NCBI GenBank assembly: GCA_030447955.1
Contig: JAUJNY010000001.1
Span: 315,381-339,380 of the forward strand
Direction: 5' to 3'
Length of the DNA stretch: 24,000 nucleotides
Source: Jiangellales bacterium
Lineage (GTDB): Bacteria; Actinomycetota; Actinomycetes; Jiangellales; Jiangellaceae
Shown here: positions 1-11,313 of the stretch, piece by piece
How the letters are laid out: every line of letters begins with the position of its first letter
Position numbering within the stretch: position 1 is the first letter of the stretch
Translations under genes and position numbers: made by a program
The notes under the pieces: generated by a model
Seen by the model: the letters and a program-made list of their open reading frames with translations, nothing else
Told to the model about the DNA's origin: nothing
The model's database searches: none

Positions 1-521
1 GACGACTCCCGTCGAACTTCGTCGGTATCCCCGTCGCCAAGCAGCTGACTGAGCTGCTCAAGTCCCCGCGCAAGCCTGCTTTTCACCGTGCCGGCGGGTA
101 TGCCGAGCACGTCGGCGACCTGCCGCTCGCTGAGGTCGGCGTAGTAGCGCAGCATGACCACTGCACGCTGCTGCTCCGTAAGCGCACCGAGGGCCGCCAA
201 CACCGAGGCGCGCTGGGTGACCGCGGCAGCCGGGTCCTCCACCACTCGATGGGGGAGGCGCTCGGTGGGGGTCTCGCCCCACCACCTACGGCGTCGACTC
301 TTGGCCAGACAGTTGACAAGGATCCGGTAGACATAGGCGTCCGGTACAGCGGCCGACTGGACCTTGGCCCACCCGGTGTAGCAACGGATCAGCGTGGTTT
401 GCACGATGTCCTCCGCCTCCGTCCGTGAGCATCCGAGCAGAATGGCCGAGCGGACCAGCGGACCCCAGCGCATGTGGACGTACGTCACGTAGTCCGCATC
501 CGGGTCCGCATCCGGGTCCAT
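1..521 (-). CDS. ECF-type sigma-70 family RNA polymerase sigma factor (SigE/SigM-like); 3' end runs off the left window edge
   Basis: Absent from the ORF track because no stop lies in the window. Manual minus-strand translation from ATG at 521-519 gives MDPDADPDADYVTYVHMRWGPLVRSAILLGCSRTEAEDIVQTTLIRCYTGWAKV...DAYVYRILVNCLAKSRRRRWW (region 2), then LTEQQRAVVMLRYYADLSERQVADVLGIPAGTVKSRLARGLEQL (region 4 HTH). The frame stays open to position 1. Confidence 0.85.
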   Translation of the reverse strand, partial: MDPDADPDADYVTYVHMRWGPLVRSAILLGCSRTEAEDIVQTTLIRCYTGWAKVQSAAVPDAYVYRILVNCLAKSRRRRWWGETPTERLPHRVVEDPAAAVTQRASVLAALGALTEQQRAVVMLRYYADLSERQVADVLGIPAGTVKSRLARGLEQLSQLLGDGDTDEVRRES

Positions 522-605
522 TCAGTGCCCCGTTTCTCATCGGCTCTCCACTAGCTGACCCGGCAGGAGACGATTCGGTTCCGTTGGCGCCTCAATCCAC
601 AACGG

Positions 606-1721
606 CTAGGTCGGCTGCTTGGCCAGTGATTGCCGCGCCACCCGATGCTGCTGTCGTACGGCCTCCAGCGGCCAGCTGCGAGTTAGCGTCCAGGTCACGG
701 CAGCGCCGACGGCGTGCCGGGGGGGACCGGGCTCACGAATCAGGACCTCTCCAGTTGGGGTCTCGACGAGATGGTCCGAGTGCGGCCCGCGGAAACGGAC
801 AACCCGGAGCCGTCCACGCAGCGAGCCGCCGAATTGTGCCCAGCCGGGCCGCACCAGCAGCGGCACTGTGTCACCCACCCGTGCCGCCGGAGGACGCCCG
901 ACTGTGACCACGTGGCCTTGCACCGCCACCGAGCAGCGGTCGCTGCGGGCGTCCACGACAACGCCGTTCACGACTGAGGCGGGGCCGGTCAGCCGGGCGG
1001 CCCACACGTCGACGGGCTCGGCGTACACCTGTTGGGGGGTTCCCAGCTGAACGAGCCGCCCTGCGTTTAGCAGCGCGACCCGGTCGGCGAGTCCGAGCGC
1101 CTCCTCGGCGTCATGGGTCGCGTACAGGCCACCGGCGCCGCTCACCTCCCGCCGGACGACCAGCTCGTCAAGGAAAACCCCCCGGACGTGGGTGTCCAGA
1201 TGCGCTGTCGGCTCGTCGAAGAGATAGAGGGACGCCCGCCGGGCCAGCGCGCGGGCCAGTCCGACCCGCTGCTGCTCACCGCCCGAAAGCTCCGCCGGCC
1301 GTCGGTTGGCGAGGTGGGCGATCCGGAGCCGGTCGAGGATCTCCAGCGCCTCCTCACGGGCTGCCCGCCGGCCGGAGCCGCTGCGCCTGATCGGGTAAGC
1401 GACGGTGTCCAGCGCAGACAGGTGCGGCCAGAGGGCGTAGCTCTGGAAGACGACGGCGACGTCACGACGTTCCGGGGGCTCTGCCTGTCGCGAGGTCGCC
1501 ACCCGCCGACCGTTCAGCCAGACCTCTCCAGTCGTCGGCGGCCGGAATCCGGCGACGGTGTGCAGCAGGGTCGACTTGCCCGAGCCAGATGGGCCGAGGA
1601 GGGCCAGCATCTCCCCGCGGCGTACCCGCAGGCTCACTCCGTCCACGGCGATGGCCCCGTCGTAGGCGACGGTGAGGTCTCGCACCGCGACGACGTCTGG
1701 GCTGGGCGCGTCAGCGGGCAT
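606..1721 (-). CDS. ABC transporter ATP-binding protein (Fe3+/polyamine-type importer ATPase with C-terminal TOBE-like region); substrate not established
   Basis: 371 aa. Walker A GPSGSGKST, signature LSGGEQQRVGLARAL, Walker B LYLFDEPTAHLD. Overlaps the upstream permease gene by 11 nt. Confidence 0.9.
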   Translation of the reverse strand: MPADAPSPDVVAVRDLTVAYDGAIAVDGVSLRVRRGEMLALLGPSGSGKSTLLHTVAGFRPPTTGEVWLNGRRVATSRQAEPPERRDVAVVFQSYALWPHLSALDTVAYPIRRSGSGRRAAREEALEILDRLRIAHLANRRPAELSGGEQQRVGLARALARRASLYLFDEPTAHLDTHVRGVFLDELVVRREVSGAGGLYATHDAEEALGLADRVALLNAGRLVQLGTPQQVYAEPVDVWAARLTGPASVVNGVVVDARSDRCSVAVQGHVVTVGRPPAARVGDTVPLLVRPGWAQFGGSLRGRLRVVRFRGPHSDHLVETPTGEVLIREPGPPRHAVGAAVTWTLTRSWPLEAVRQQHRVARQSLAKQPT

Positions 1722-3378
1722 GCGCGAGGCTCCGCACGCGAGGATCGCTGAGGCGGCGAGGGGAGCCCAGCCACCGGATCAGCATCCACAACAACACCGC
1801 CGGCACGAGCATGACCAAGGTCAGCAGCACCGAGAGCGCTGCTGTCGCCCCGATGCGGCCGAGCTCCCCACTGTTGAGGACGACGACGGCGAGGGTTTCG
1901 CCGTCCGGCCCGTAAAGGAGGCTCGACATGGTCACCTCGTGCAGAGCGGTGACGAAGCAGACGAGCCAGGCGCCGAGAAGAGCTGGCGCGAGCGGCCGCA
2001 ACGCCACAGTGCGTACGGCCGTCAGGGAGTTGGCGCCACTTGCGCGCGCCGCCTGCAGCTCGCCGGCCGGGAGCCGATCCAGCGCCCCCGAGATGGGACG
2101 GTGCGCGAACGCCCACAGCTTGGCGAGGTAGGCGAGCAGGATCAGCGTCAAGGTGCCGCCGAGCCAGCGGCCGTACGTCATGAGCAGGGCCACGGCGAGG
2201 GTGGACCCGGGGAGCACCAGCGTGACGGTCACTAGACTGGCCATCGCACGCCCGCTGCGTTGCCGCTCCAGGACCGCGACGGCCCCGCCCAGCACGGTGA
2301 GCAACGCCGCCGCAGTGACGGCGAGCACGGCGCTGCGTCCCAGCGCCTCCACATTGCGTGCGTTGAGGACGAACCGGAAGTTGTCGAGGGTCCAGTTGCT
2401 CGGTGTCGGGCTCACACCGACCGCAGGGGTGATCGCGGCGGAAACCAGCGCCACCATCGGGAGGACGACGCCCAGCAGCAGGTATCCGCCGAGCCCGGTG
2501 GCGATCCAGCGACCGGTGGCACCGGGCGGGGTCACGATCGGCGCGCCCTCAGGGGCGGCTACCCGGGTGACGCGCAGCCGGGGTCCCAGCCACAGATCTG
2601 CGGGAACCACCACGATCACGGTGAGGACGACCAGCAGCAGCGCCAGGGCGAGGGCTTCGACGAAAGAGATCGGGTCGCTGCCGAGCGAAAGGTCGCGATA
2701 GATCGTCGTGGTCACCGTCGTGAAACCGGCGGGGGTGCCCATCACCTGGGGGATCGCGAAGCTCTCCAGGGTCAGCACGAAGGACAGCACGGACGCCGCG
2801 GCGATCGAAGGGCGCAGCAGCGGCAGCGTCACGTTGCGCAGCACCGATCCGGGCCGAGCCCCGGACGCCCGCGCCGCCCGGTCGAGGTTGGGCTCGGCTC
2901 GGGTGGCGAGGCCGACGGCGGCGAGCAGGTATGTCAACGGCACGGTGTTGACCACCAGCACTGCCCACACGCCCCAGGGACCGTGAACCGAAGGCCATGG
3001 CACGCCCAAGACGGTGTCGGTGAAACCAGCCCGGGCGTAGGCCTGAGTCCAGCTGTAGCCGAGCACGTACTGGGGAACGAGCACGGGCAGCAACATCGCG
3101 AACCGCCACCACCGCCGACCCGGCACGTCGGCTCGACGCAGCCCCAGCGCCACCAGAGTCCCCACCGGGACGGCGACCACGGTGACGGCGACTGAGAGCA
3201 GGACGGTGTTGACGATGGAGTCGCCGAGACTCGGCCGGCCGATCACTTCGTCCAGGCTTGCCGACCCCTCGGTCCAGACGACGTACGCCAGCCGAAAGAT
3301 CGGCAGGACGACGAGCAGTGCGATGACGGCGCCAACAGCCAGCAGCCCGGCCCGCGGCGCTAGACGCGCGGACCGCAT
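1711..3378 (-). CDS. ABC transporter permease, fused two-domain type (FbpB/AfuB-like)
   Basis: 555 aa, strongly hydrophobic with many predicted TM segments. Lies between the SBP gene (3-nt gap) and the ATPase gene (11-nt overlap). Confidence 0.88.
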   Translation of the reverse strand: MRSARLAPRAGLLAVGAVIALLVVLPIFRLAYVVWTEGSASLDEVIGRPSLGDSIVNTVLLSVAVTVVAVPVGTLVALGLRRADVPGRRWWRFAMLLPVLVPQYVLGYSWTQAYARAGFTDTVLGVPWPSVHGPWGVWAVLVVNTVPLTYLLAAVGLATRAEPNLDRAARASGARPGSVLRNVTLPLLRPSIAAASVLSFVLTLESFAIPQVMGTPAGFTTVTTTIYRDLSLGSDPISFVEALALALLLVVLTVIVVVPADLWLGPRLRVTRVAAPEGAPIVTPPGATGRWIATGLGGYLLLGVVLPMVALVSAAITPAVGVSPTPSNWTLDNFRFVLNARNVEALGRSAVLAVTAAALLTVLGGAVAVLERQRSGRAMASLVTVTLVLPGSTLAVALLMTYGRWLGGTLTLILLAYLAKLWAFAHRPISGALDRLPAGELQAARASGANSLTAVRTVALRPLAPALLGAWLVCFVTALHEVTMSSLLYGPDGETLAVVVLNSGELGRIGATAALSVLLTLVMLVPAVLLWMLIRWLGSPRRLSDPRVRSLAHAR

Positions 3379-3381
3379 CCC

Positions 3382-4374
3382 TCAGCCGCCGAAAATCTGC
3401 TCGTAGTCGGCCAGCAGGGCGTCCTTGTTCGCGGTGACCTGCGACCAGTTCGGATAGACCACCGGGGCGTCGGCTGGAACCTCTGGACCTTCGACGCCAG
3501 GCCGCGTTGGGTAGGAGCCCGCCTCCGCCACGACCTGCTGTCCCGGCTCGCTGACGACGTAGGAGATGAAGTCCTTGGCCAGCGTGGAATTTCCGCTCTC
3601 TCGGGCCAGCGCGATCGGCCCGTAGATCGCGACCGCGCCCGGTTCGGGCCACTCGACTTCGATCGGCGATCCGGAGTCGCGTGCCAGGTAGGCGGAGTTC
3701 GCGATCGTGATTCCGGCCTGATAGAGCCCCTGCGCGACCCCGGCCGTCACCTCGTCGGGCGTGCTGAGCTGCTCGGCCCCCCGCTCCTTCAGCGTGGAGT
3801 AGAAGTCGAGCCCGTAGCCGGGCGCCTGGGCGAAGTAGGCCAGCGCCCCGAGCGCGGAAGCTGCGGTGTTCGGGTCCGGGACGGCTACGGGCTCGTAGTC
3901 GGGGCCGGCGAGGTCTGACCAGCTGCTGGGTGCGGGGACGTCGTCGTGGTAGGCCGCCACCATGTACAGCAGCGCGACGCCCACGTAGTCGTCGGTCCGG
4001 AACTGCTCGGGGATGTCGGCTGCCTCCTCCGGGGTCCAGCCGCCGACCAGGTCCTGGTCGACGTACCCCTGCATGGAGAGCGGGTCGCAGGCCCAGATCA
4101 CGTCGGCCTCCAGCCCGCCTGACCGCACGTCCCCAGCGATCCTTGCGTTGAGGTCTCCGGTCGTGGCGCGGAACAGCTTGACGTCGGTGCCCGGGTGCTC
4201 CGACTCGAACTGCGAGATGACCGGCTGGATCGTCTCGTCACTGACGCAGGTATAGAGCGTGATCGCCTCCGACTCTCCTCCCGACCCCGAGCTGCAAGCG
4301 AGCGGCAGCAGGACGAGCGGCAGGAGGGCGAGCCGTCGCCTGAGGCCCAGACGTTCGGCTCCAGGCGCCAGCAT
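3382..4374 (-). CDS. ABC transporter substrate-binding lipoprotein (family 1 SBP, Fe3+/thiamine-like)
   Basis: Track ORF 3382-4428. I prefer the ATG at 4374 (MLAPGAERLGLRRRLALLPLVLLPLACSSGSGG), which gives a signal peptide and lipobox L-A-C. First gene of the SBP-permease-ATPase operon. No IdeR-like box seen upstream, so the iron assignment is weak. Confidence 0.82.
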   Translation of the reverse strand: MLAPGAERLGLRRRLALLPLVLLPLACSSGSGGESEAITLYTCVSDETIQPVISQFESEHPGTDVKLFRATTGDLNARIAGDVRSGGLEADVIWACDPLSMQGYVDQDLVGGWTPEEAADIPEQFRTDDYVGVALLYMVAAYHDDVPAPSSWSDLAGPDYEPVAVPDPNTAASALGALAYFAQAPGYGLDFYSTLKERGAEQLSTPDEVTAGVAQGLYQAGITIANSAYLARDSGSPIEVEWPEPGAVAIYGPIALARESGNSTLAKDFISYVVSEPGQQVVAEAGSYPTRPGVEGPEVPADAPVVYPNWSQVTANKDALLADYEQIFGG

Positions 4375-4532
4375 GCGACGGAGCCTACGGGCAGGTGGCG
4401 CGACCGTTGGAGGACGACTTCCCCGCACCGCGTAAGGCGGACGGCGCCTGAATTCGCCTGCCCGCGACGCCTCGTCGAGCCGAGGTGCCAGGGCGGCGCC
4501 GGGGCATGAGTCGGCGGTTCACGCGTTCAGGG

Positions 4533-5000
4533 TCAGAGCGACTTGGTCAGTCGGACGTCTTCCTCGGCGTAGCCGAGCGCCTCGTAGAAGGCGCGCGCGG
4601 CGCGGTTGGCGGCTCCCGTCTCGAGCGTGAGAAGGCAGAGCCCGCGTCGCCGAGCCCAGTCCTCCGCGGCGGCCATCAGCGCGCTGCCGACGCCACGGCG
4701 TACGGCCGAAGCAGCCACGACCAGCTCACCGACGTACCCGTCCAGCTGCCCGCTGAAGTGGCGTCGCTCGGACACAGCGACCAGGCCGAGCAGCTCTTGG
4801 CCGGCCACGGCGACCAGGACGGCTCGCCCAGCGTGCTCCGCGGTGTCCAACGACCCGGCCACCCAGGTGCGAACGGCACCGCGGACGGCGTCCGGATCGC
4901 GCCAGTCCGCGACGCCTTCTCCCAGCCGCGGTGCCAGGGCCATCGCGGCCGGCCGATCCGTTGGGTGGTAGCGGCGAACCTGCACGTTGGACGTGTCCAC
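4533..5000 (-). CDS. GNAT family N-acetyltransferase
   Basis: 155 aa. Acetyl-CoA binding motif RRGVGSALMAAAEDWARRRG, with typical GNAT length and end (ANRAARAFYEALGY). Confidence 0.85.
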   Translation of the reverse strand: MDTSNVQVRRYHPTDRPAAMALAPRLGEGVADWRDPDAVRGAVRTWVAGSLDTAEHAGRAVLVAVAGQELLGLVAVSERRHFSGQLDGYVGELVVAASAVRRGVGSALMAAAEDWARRRGLCLLTLETGAANRAARAFYEALGYAEEDVRLTKSL

Positions 5001-5044
5001 GCCTCGAGAGTGGCACCCCGCGCGGCCTTCAATAAAGGCCGAGG

Positions 5045-5677
5045 TCAGCTCGGCGGTGGAGTCCCTGCTGGAGCGCCGCTGGGCGGCGAAGCCTCGCTGG
5101 TCGCTGAAGCCTGGCTAGGCGGCGGAGCCTCGTCCGGCGGCGCAGCCTCGGCCGGCGGCGGTACATCTTCGCGCGGGTCCTCCAGGTGGGTGGTACCTGC
5201 CTCGCGGGCACGCTGGTACGACTCGCGGATCTCCGCCTCCGCCGCTCGCCGACCCACCCAGGTGGCGCCCTCGACCGACTTGCCTGGCTCGAGGTCCTTG
5301 TAGACCTCGAAAAAGTGCTGGATCTCCAGCCGGTCGTACTCCGGCATGTGGTGGATGTCGCGCAGGTGCTCCAGCCGCGGGTCCTCGGCTGGTACAGCGA
5401 TGACCTTGTCGTCGCCGCCCTTCTCGTCGCTCATCCGGAACATGCCGATCGCGCGGGCGCGGATGAGACAGCCGGGAAAGGTGGGCTCTTGCACGAGGAC
5501 GAGCACGTCGAGCGGGTCACCGTCGAGGCCGAGGGTGTCGTCCACGAACCCGTAGTCGGCGGGGTACTGCGTCGCGGTGAACAGCGTCCGGTCCAGCTTG
5601 ATGCGGCCGCTGACGTGGTCCAGCTCGTACTTGTTGCGGTTCCCTTTGGGGATCTCGATCGTGACGTCGAAGTCCAC
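5045..5677 (-). CDS. ppa: Inorganic pyrophosphatase (family I) with a ~46-aa Pro/Ala/Ser-rich C-terminal tail
   Basis: Track ORF extends to 6235, but homology begins at GTG 5677 ([21 protein letters not shown]...[21 protein letters not shown]...[15 protein letters not shown]...[13 protein letters not shown]). GGAG lies 7-10 nt upstream. Product is 210 aa. Confidence 0.92.
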   Translation of the reverse strand: MDFDVTIEIPKGNRNKYELDHVSGRIKLDRTLFTATQYPADYGFVDDTLGLDGDPLDVLVLVQEPTFPGCLIRARAIGMFRMSDEKGGDDKVIAVPAEDPRLEHLRDIHHMPEYDRLEIQHFFEVYKDLEPGKSVEGATWVGRRAAEAEIRESYQRAREAGTTHLEDPREDVPPPAEAAPPDEAPPPSQASATSEASPPSGAPAGTPPPS

Positions 5678-5764
5678 GGCTGCTCCGCGTGCGAGGGTCG
5701 GGGTGCTCGGGGCCGCCCCAGTGTCCCCTACGGTCGAGAACGCTGACACGAGGCGTGAGGTGGT

Positions 5765-7243
5765 GTGCCGGTGCGGGAACGCAGGACGGCGCTGGCCGCG
5801 CTCGCGGCCGTGCTCGCCGGGCTCCTCGCCGCAGGCGTTGTCCTGGTGGCCAGTCCCGTTGCCCGGAACTCCGTCCGGAGCAGCGTCAGCGACGCCCTCG
5901 GGGCGGCGCAGCCCGGCGGGGCGAGCGATCGACCCCACGGAGGGGGGACGCGACCGCAGTCGCCGTCGGCATCGCAACCGGTGGTGCGGCTGGTGGCGGA
6001 CCCCGTGCTGGGCACCGCCCGACCCGAGCCGGTCCGCAAGGGACGCTCGTACGACTCCGTCCTCGACCCGCTGCTGGATGACTCCGCGCTGGGCAGCCGG
6101 GTCGGGGCCGCGGTGCTCGACCTGCGCGCCGGGCGCATCGTCTACGCACGCGGCTCGGGGCGGGAGTACACGCCGGCGAGCACCGCGAAGCTCTTCACCG
6201 CGCTTGCCGCGCTGGCCACTCTGGGACCGCAGCATCGGTTCGTGACGACAGTGGTGCCTGCCCGGCGGGGCCGCATCGTGCTGGTCGGTGGAGGCGACCC
6301 CCTGCTCTCGGCGACCACTCCCGGGGTGAGCTCCACCGACGTTCCCTCCCTGACGTCACTGCCCGCGCTCGCTCGGCACACCGCAGCACGCCTGCTCGAG
6401 CGCGACCGCTCCCGGGTGCGACTCGCGGTGGACGACTCGCTGTTCGTCGGACCTGCCGTGTCCGCCGCCTGGGAGAAGTCCTACGTCCCCTCCGGCGTCG
6501 TCGCGCCGGTCAGCGCCCTCGCCGTCGACGGCGGCCGGCTCGAGCCCGGCCTGGCCGCGCGGGCGCCGGATCCGGCGCTCGCGGCCGGCCGGGTGTTCGC
6601 CGCCGCGCTCGAACGGGCCGGAGTCGAGGTCGCCGGTCGAGTCGTCCGTACGGCGGCGCCACGTGACGCCGCGGCGCTGGCCCGGTCGAGGTCGGCGCCG
6701 CTGTCCGCCGTGGTCGAGCAGGTGCTGGCCAGCAGTGACAACGACGGCGCGGAGGTCCTCATCCGGCACGTCGCCCTCGCCGAGCAGCGCACAGGCTCCT
6801 TCGCCGGTTCGCGCCGCGCCCGTACGGCGGTGCTCCAGCGACTCGCCCTCCCGCTCGCGGACGCCGTGCTGCCCGACGGCAGCGGACTGGCTCGGGGTGC
6901 CCGGGTGAGCCCGCGCCTGCTGGTGAGGGCGTTGGGCGTCGCCGCCTCGACGAGGCACCCGGAGCTGCGCCCCGTCATCACCGGGCTACCGGTGGCCGGC
7001 TTCTCCGGGACCCTGGTCGACCGCTTCGTCGACGGGGCAGCGGCGTCGGCCGGTGGACTCGTCCGCGCCAAGACCGGGACCCTCACCGGGGTGACGTCCC
7101 TCGCCGGAGTCGCCACCTCCGCCGCCGGTCGGGTCCTGGCGTTCGCGCTGCTGGCCGATCACGTGGACCCCGCCGCCGTCCTTGAGGCGCGAGCAGCCCT
7201 CGACGAAGCCGCCGCGGCACTGGCCCAGTGCGGCTGTCGCTGA
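5765..7243 (+). CDS. dacB: D-alanyl-D-alanine carboxypeptidase/endopeptidase (PBP4, peptidase S13)
   Basis: 492 aa. N-terminal TM/signal segment. Motifs SxxK (ASTAKLF), SxN (SSDNDGAE) and KTG (KTGTLTG). Divergent from ppa, as in mycobacteria. Confidence 0.9.
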   Translation: MPVRERRTALAALAAVLAGLLAAGVVLVASPVARNSVRSSVSDALGAAQPGGASDRPHGGGTRPQSPSASQPVVRLVADPVLGTARPEPVRKGRSYDSVLDPLLDDSALGSRVGAAVLDLRAGRIVYARGSGREYTPASTAKLFTALAALATLGPQHRFVTTVVPARRGRIVLVGGGDPLLSATTPGVSSTDVPSLTSLPALARHTAARLLERDRSRVRLAVDDSLFVGPAVSAAWEKSYVPSGVVAPVSALAVDGGRLEPGLAARAPDPALAAGRVFAAALERAGVEVAGRVVRTAAPRDAAALARSRSAPLSAVVEQVLASSDNDGAEVLIRHVALAEQRTGSFAGSRRARTAVLQRLALPLADAVLPDGSGLARGARVSPRLLVRALGVAASTRHPELRPVITGLPVAGFSGTLVDRFVDGAAASAGGLVRAKTGTLTGVTSLAGVATSAAGRVLAFALLADHVDPAAVLEARAALDEAAAALAQCGCR

Positions 7244-8200
<957 letters not shown>

Positions 8201-8219
8201 TCGTCTCGAACCGCGCAGC

Positions 8220-8252
8220 GGCCCGCACCGGTTCTCGGTGCGGGCCGTTTCG
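8220..8252 (+). terminator. Intrinsic terminator hairpin downstream of rpf
   Basis: GGCCCGCACCG (8220-8230), loop GTTCT, CGGTGCGGGCC (8236-8246), followed by GTTTCG. Perfect 11-bp GC-rich stem starting 20 nt after the stop codon. Confidence 0.7.
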
Positions 8253-8335
8253 CTGTCCAGCGCCCGGTTGAGGAGCAATCCCGCGTCACCTCCAGCGCCC
8301 CGACCGCCCGCGCGGTCGGCACGTACGGTTGTCCC

Positions 8336-9478
8336 ATGACCGACCCCAGCGGTGACGCTGCTCCCGACCTCGTCGACTGGAACCTCGCGGTCAGTACCGC
8401 CCGCCGGCTCACCCGTCCCGGCCCCGAGGTCAGCCGCGCCGAGGCCCGCAGCGTCGTCGCGGACCTGCGCGACCTTGCCGCCAAGGCCGAGGGCCACGTA
8501 CGTGGCTACACCGGCCTGTACGCCGAGAGCGGGACCGCACCGGTCGTGGTGGTCGACCGTGCCGGGTGGGTGCAGGCGAACGCCGACGGCATGCGCATCG
8601 TGCTCCGCCCGCTCATGGCCAAGATCGCCGCCCGCCGAGCCGCCGGGGCGTGGGGCCCCACGGGCGGCCTCGCGGACGTCGTCGGCCCGCGGGTCACCGG
8701 TGCCGAGACCGGCGCTCTGTTCGCCTTTCTCTCCTCCAAGGTGCTCGGCCAGTTCGACCCGTACTGGGCCGCGCCCGCCGGCCCGGAAGCCCCCGGGTCG
8801 GTCTCCTCGGGGCGGCTGCTGCTCGTCGCGCCCAACGTCGTCCAGGTCGAGCGCGAGCTGGGTGTGGACCCCCGCGACTTCCGCATGTGGGTGTGCCTCC
8901 ACGAGGAGACCCATCGGGTGCAGTTCACCGCCGTGCCGTGGCTGCGCGACCACGTCCGCGCCGAGATCGCCGCCTTTCTCGAGGCGACCGACATCGAACC
9001 GGCGGTGCTTGTCGCTCGGCTGCGCAAGGTCCTCAGTGGGCTGGTGGAGTCGCTGCGCAGGGGTGACGCCGGGGACCTGTCGCTCCTCGACCTCGTGCAG
9101 TCGCCGGAGCAACGTGCGGTGCTCGAGCGCCTCACCGCGGTCATGTCACTGCTGGAAGGGCACGCCGAGGTCGTCATGGACGAGGTGGGCCCCGACGTGG
9201 TCCCGTCGGTGGCGAGGATCCGGGAGCTCTTCCAGTCGCGGCGGGCCGGCAGCGGACAGCTCGACCGGCTGCTGCGCCGCCTGCTCGGCCTGGAAGCCAA
9301 GATGCGCCAGTACCGCGATGGCGCGATCTTCGTACGGGCGGTCGTCGAGCAGGTCGGGATGGACGGCTTCAACCGCGTCTGGCAGAGCCCGCAGCACCTG
9401 CCGCGACCGGAGGAGATCATCGACCCGCAGGCCTGGGTGACCCGGGTGCACGGCAACCCCGCCCTCGGGCCGGCCTGA
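8336..9478 (+). CDS. Zinc-dependent metalloprotease (zincin-like, DUF2342/TIGR03624-type conserved actinobacterial hydrolase)
   Basis: 380 aa. HExxH motif in CLHEETHRVQF. Sits between dacB and tilS like the mycobacterial conserved hypothetical at that position. Confidence 0.82.
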   Translation: MTDPSGDAAPDLVDWNLAVSTARRLTRPGPEVSRAEARSVVADLRDLAAKAEGHVRGYTGLYAESGTAPVVVVDRAGWVQANADGMRIVLRPLMAKIAARRAAGAWGPTGGLADVVGPRVTGAETGALFAFLSSKVLGQFDPYWAAPAGPEAPGSVSSGRLLLVAPNVVQVERELGVDPRDFRMWVCLHEETHRVQFTAVPWLRDHVRAEIAAFLEATDIEPAVLVARLRKVLSGLVESLRRGDAGDLSLLDLVQSPEQRAVLERLTAVMSLLEGHAEVVMDEVGPDVVPSVARIRELFQSRRAGSGQLDRLLRRLLGLEAKMRQYRDGAIFVRAVVEQVGMDGFNRVWQSPQHLPRPEEIIDPQAWVTRVHGNPALGPA

Positions 9479-9491
9479 CGCGCAGCCTCCC

Positions 9492-10469
9492 GTGGGCCCG
9501 GACCCGCAGACCGCAGCCTGCCGGCTGGCCGTACGTCGCTGCCTCACCGACCTGCCCCCCGGGGCGCTGGTGCTCGCCGCCTGCTCGGGTGGGGCCGACT
9601 CCTACGCGCTGGCGGTTGCGCTGGCCTTCGAGGGGCCGCGGGCAGGGCTGCGGGTCGGGGCGCTGACCGTCGACCACGGCCTGCAGTCCGGCTCCGGTGA
9701 GCGCGCCGAGCGCGTCGCCCAAGAACTGCGCGTGCTGGTGCTGGACCCGGTGGAGGTGTTGTCGGCCCCGGTGGGCGGGCGCGATGGTCCAGAGGGCGCC
9801 GCCCGGGCGGCGCGCTACGCAGCGCTGGAGGAGGCGGCGCGACAGCACGGGGCCGCCACCGTGCTGCTCGGGCACACCCGCGACGACCAGGCCGAGACGG
9901 TCCTGCTCGGGCTCGCCCGCGGCTCCGGCGCACGTTCGCTTTCCGGCATGCGGCCGCGCACCGGTTGCTACCGCCGGCCGCTGCTCGACCTACCGCGCTC
10001 GACGACCCTCGCCGCCTGCCGGGCGGCGGGACTCGTGCCGTGGGAGGACCCGCACAACGCCGACCCCGTCTTTGCCCGGGCGCGCGTGCGCCACGCGGCA
10101 CTGCCGGCACTCGAAGACACGCTTGGGCCGGGGGTCGCCGATGCGCTCACCCGCACCGCCCGGCTGCTGCGCGACGACGCTGACGCCCTCGACGCCTGGG
10201 CTGGGCGGGCGGCCGCCGAGTGCGCCCGGCCCGGTGAGACTTACGACGTCGCCGCCCTGGCCGCGCTGCCGGCGGCCGTACGACGCCGGGTGCTGCGTGC
10301 CGCCGCCCTCGGCGGGGGAGCCCCCCCGACGGACCTCGCTTGCGCCCACATCGACGCGCTCGAGGCCCTGGTGCTCAACTGGCACGGGCAGCGTGGCGTC
10401 GACCTCCCGGGTGGGCTGCGCGGATGGCGCAGGGGCAGCGTGATCCGGGTCGAGCGGGTGCCGCGCTGA
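9492..10469 (+). CDS. tilS: tRNA(Ile)-lysidine synthetase
   Basis: 325 aa, GTG start. PP-loop motif ACSGGADS, then TVDHGLQ...LLGHTRDDQAETVLL. Confidence 0.9.
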   Translation: MGPDPQTAACRLAVRRCLTDLPPGALVLAACSGGADSYALAVALAFEGPRAGLRVGALTVDHGLQSGSGERAERVAQELRVLVLDPVEVLSAPVGGRDGPEGAARAARYAALEEAARQHGAATVLLGHTRDDQAETVLLGLARGSGARSLSGMRPRTGCYRRPLLDLPRSTTLAACRAAGLVPWEDPHNADPVFARARVRHAALPALEDTLGPGVADALTRTARLLRDDADALDAWAGRAAAECARPGETYDVAALAALPAAVRRRVLRAAALGGGAPPTDLACAHIDALEALVLNWHGQRGVDLPGGLRGWRRGSVIRVERVPR

Positions 10470-10504
10470 GCGAGGGTTGCGGGGTGCCGCGCTGACGCAG
10501 CGCT

Positions 10505-11074
10505 GTGGCAGGCTGCGCCCCCGTGGACGAGCGGGACGTCGGTGACGACCTCGACCGAGTCCTGCTCAGCGAGCGGGACATCGCCGCCCGCATCGGCGAG
10601 CTAGCCGCCGACATCCGCCGCGACTACGAGGGCCGCGACCTGCTGCTCGTGGGTGTCCTCAAGGGTGCGGTCATGGTCATGGCGGACCTCGCCCGGGTCC
10701 TCGACCGCCACGTCGCGATGGACTGGATGGCGATCTCGTCCTACGGCTCCGGCACCCGCTCCAGCGGCGTGGTCCGCATCCTCAAGGACCTCGACGCGGA
10801 CATCAGCGCGCGCGACGTGCTCGTGGTGGAGGACATAGTCGACACCGGCCTCACCCTGTCCTGGCTGGTGTCCAACCTGCGCAGCCGCGGACCCGCGTCG
10901 GTCGAGGTCTGCACGCTGCTGCGCAAGCCGGAGGCGGCCAAGCTCGACGTGGACGTGCGCTACGTGGGTTTCGACATCCCCGACGCCTTCGTCGTCGGGT
11001 ACGGCCTGGACTACGCCGAGCGCTATCGCAACCTGCGCGTCGTGGCCACCCTCGCCCCGCACGTCTACTCCTGA
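10505..11074 (+). CDS. hpt: Hypoxanthine-guanine phosphoribosyltransferase
   Basis: 189 aa. PRPP-binding motif [15 protein letters not shown], plus [13 protein letters not shown] and [16 protein letters not shown]. Start is uncertain (GTG 10505 or GTG 10523). Confidence 0.9.
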   Translation: MAGCAPVDERDVGDDLDRVLLSERDIAARIGELAADIRRDYEGRDLLLVGVLKGAVMVMADLARVLDRHVAMDWMAISSYGSGTRSSGVVRILKDLDADISARDVLVVEDIVDTGLTLSWLVSNLRSRGPASVEVCTLLRKPEAAKLDVDVRYVGFDIPDAFVVGYGLDYAERYRNLRVVATLAPHVYS

Positions 11075-11313
11075 GCCGCATCGTCCACATCCCCATCCGC
11101 CCGGGAACACCGTCACGACCAGCGGCGTTCTTGCGTACGGCGGGTCGCCCGCGCCGGTTTAGCCGGGGCCGGCGTCGCCGCGGCGGTGTACCGTCTAGGG
11201 ACTCGACATGGTGGGGCCAGGCCCCGCCGGTCCGGGCCGCGGGACCCGGGTGCGCGAAGCATCCGTGCCCGGGCGTCAGATGGCGAGGAGGGACGGGGCC
11301 GCGGTCCCGCGTC

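Noticed and set aside
4375-4532. A search for an IdeR/Fur-type iron box or other operator upstream of the ABC importer operon.
   Set aside because: No AT-rich palindrome resembling an IdeR box was seen. The iron substrate label for this transporter is therefore kept tentative.
5678-6235. The 5' extension of the ppa ORF (396-aa version), and similar extensions of ftsH (11131), folE (13158) and folK (15576).
   Set aside because: Homology to the enzyme families starts at the internal start codons. The extensions overlap neighbouring genes or intergenic leaders and are Arg/Gly-rich.
10456-10495. A 14-nt perfect direct repeat, GGGTGCCGCGCTGA, at the tilS stop and again 26 nt downstream.
   Set aside because: It is short, GC-rich and isolated. 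It is most simply a small slippage duplication of the gene end, and I can argue no functional implication.
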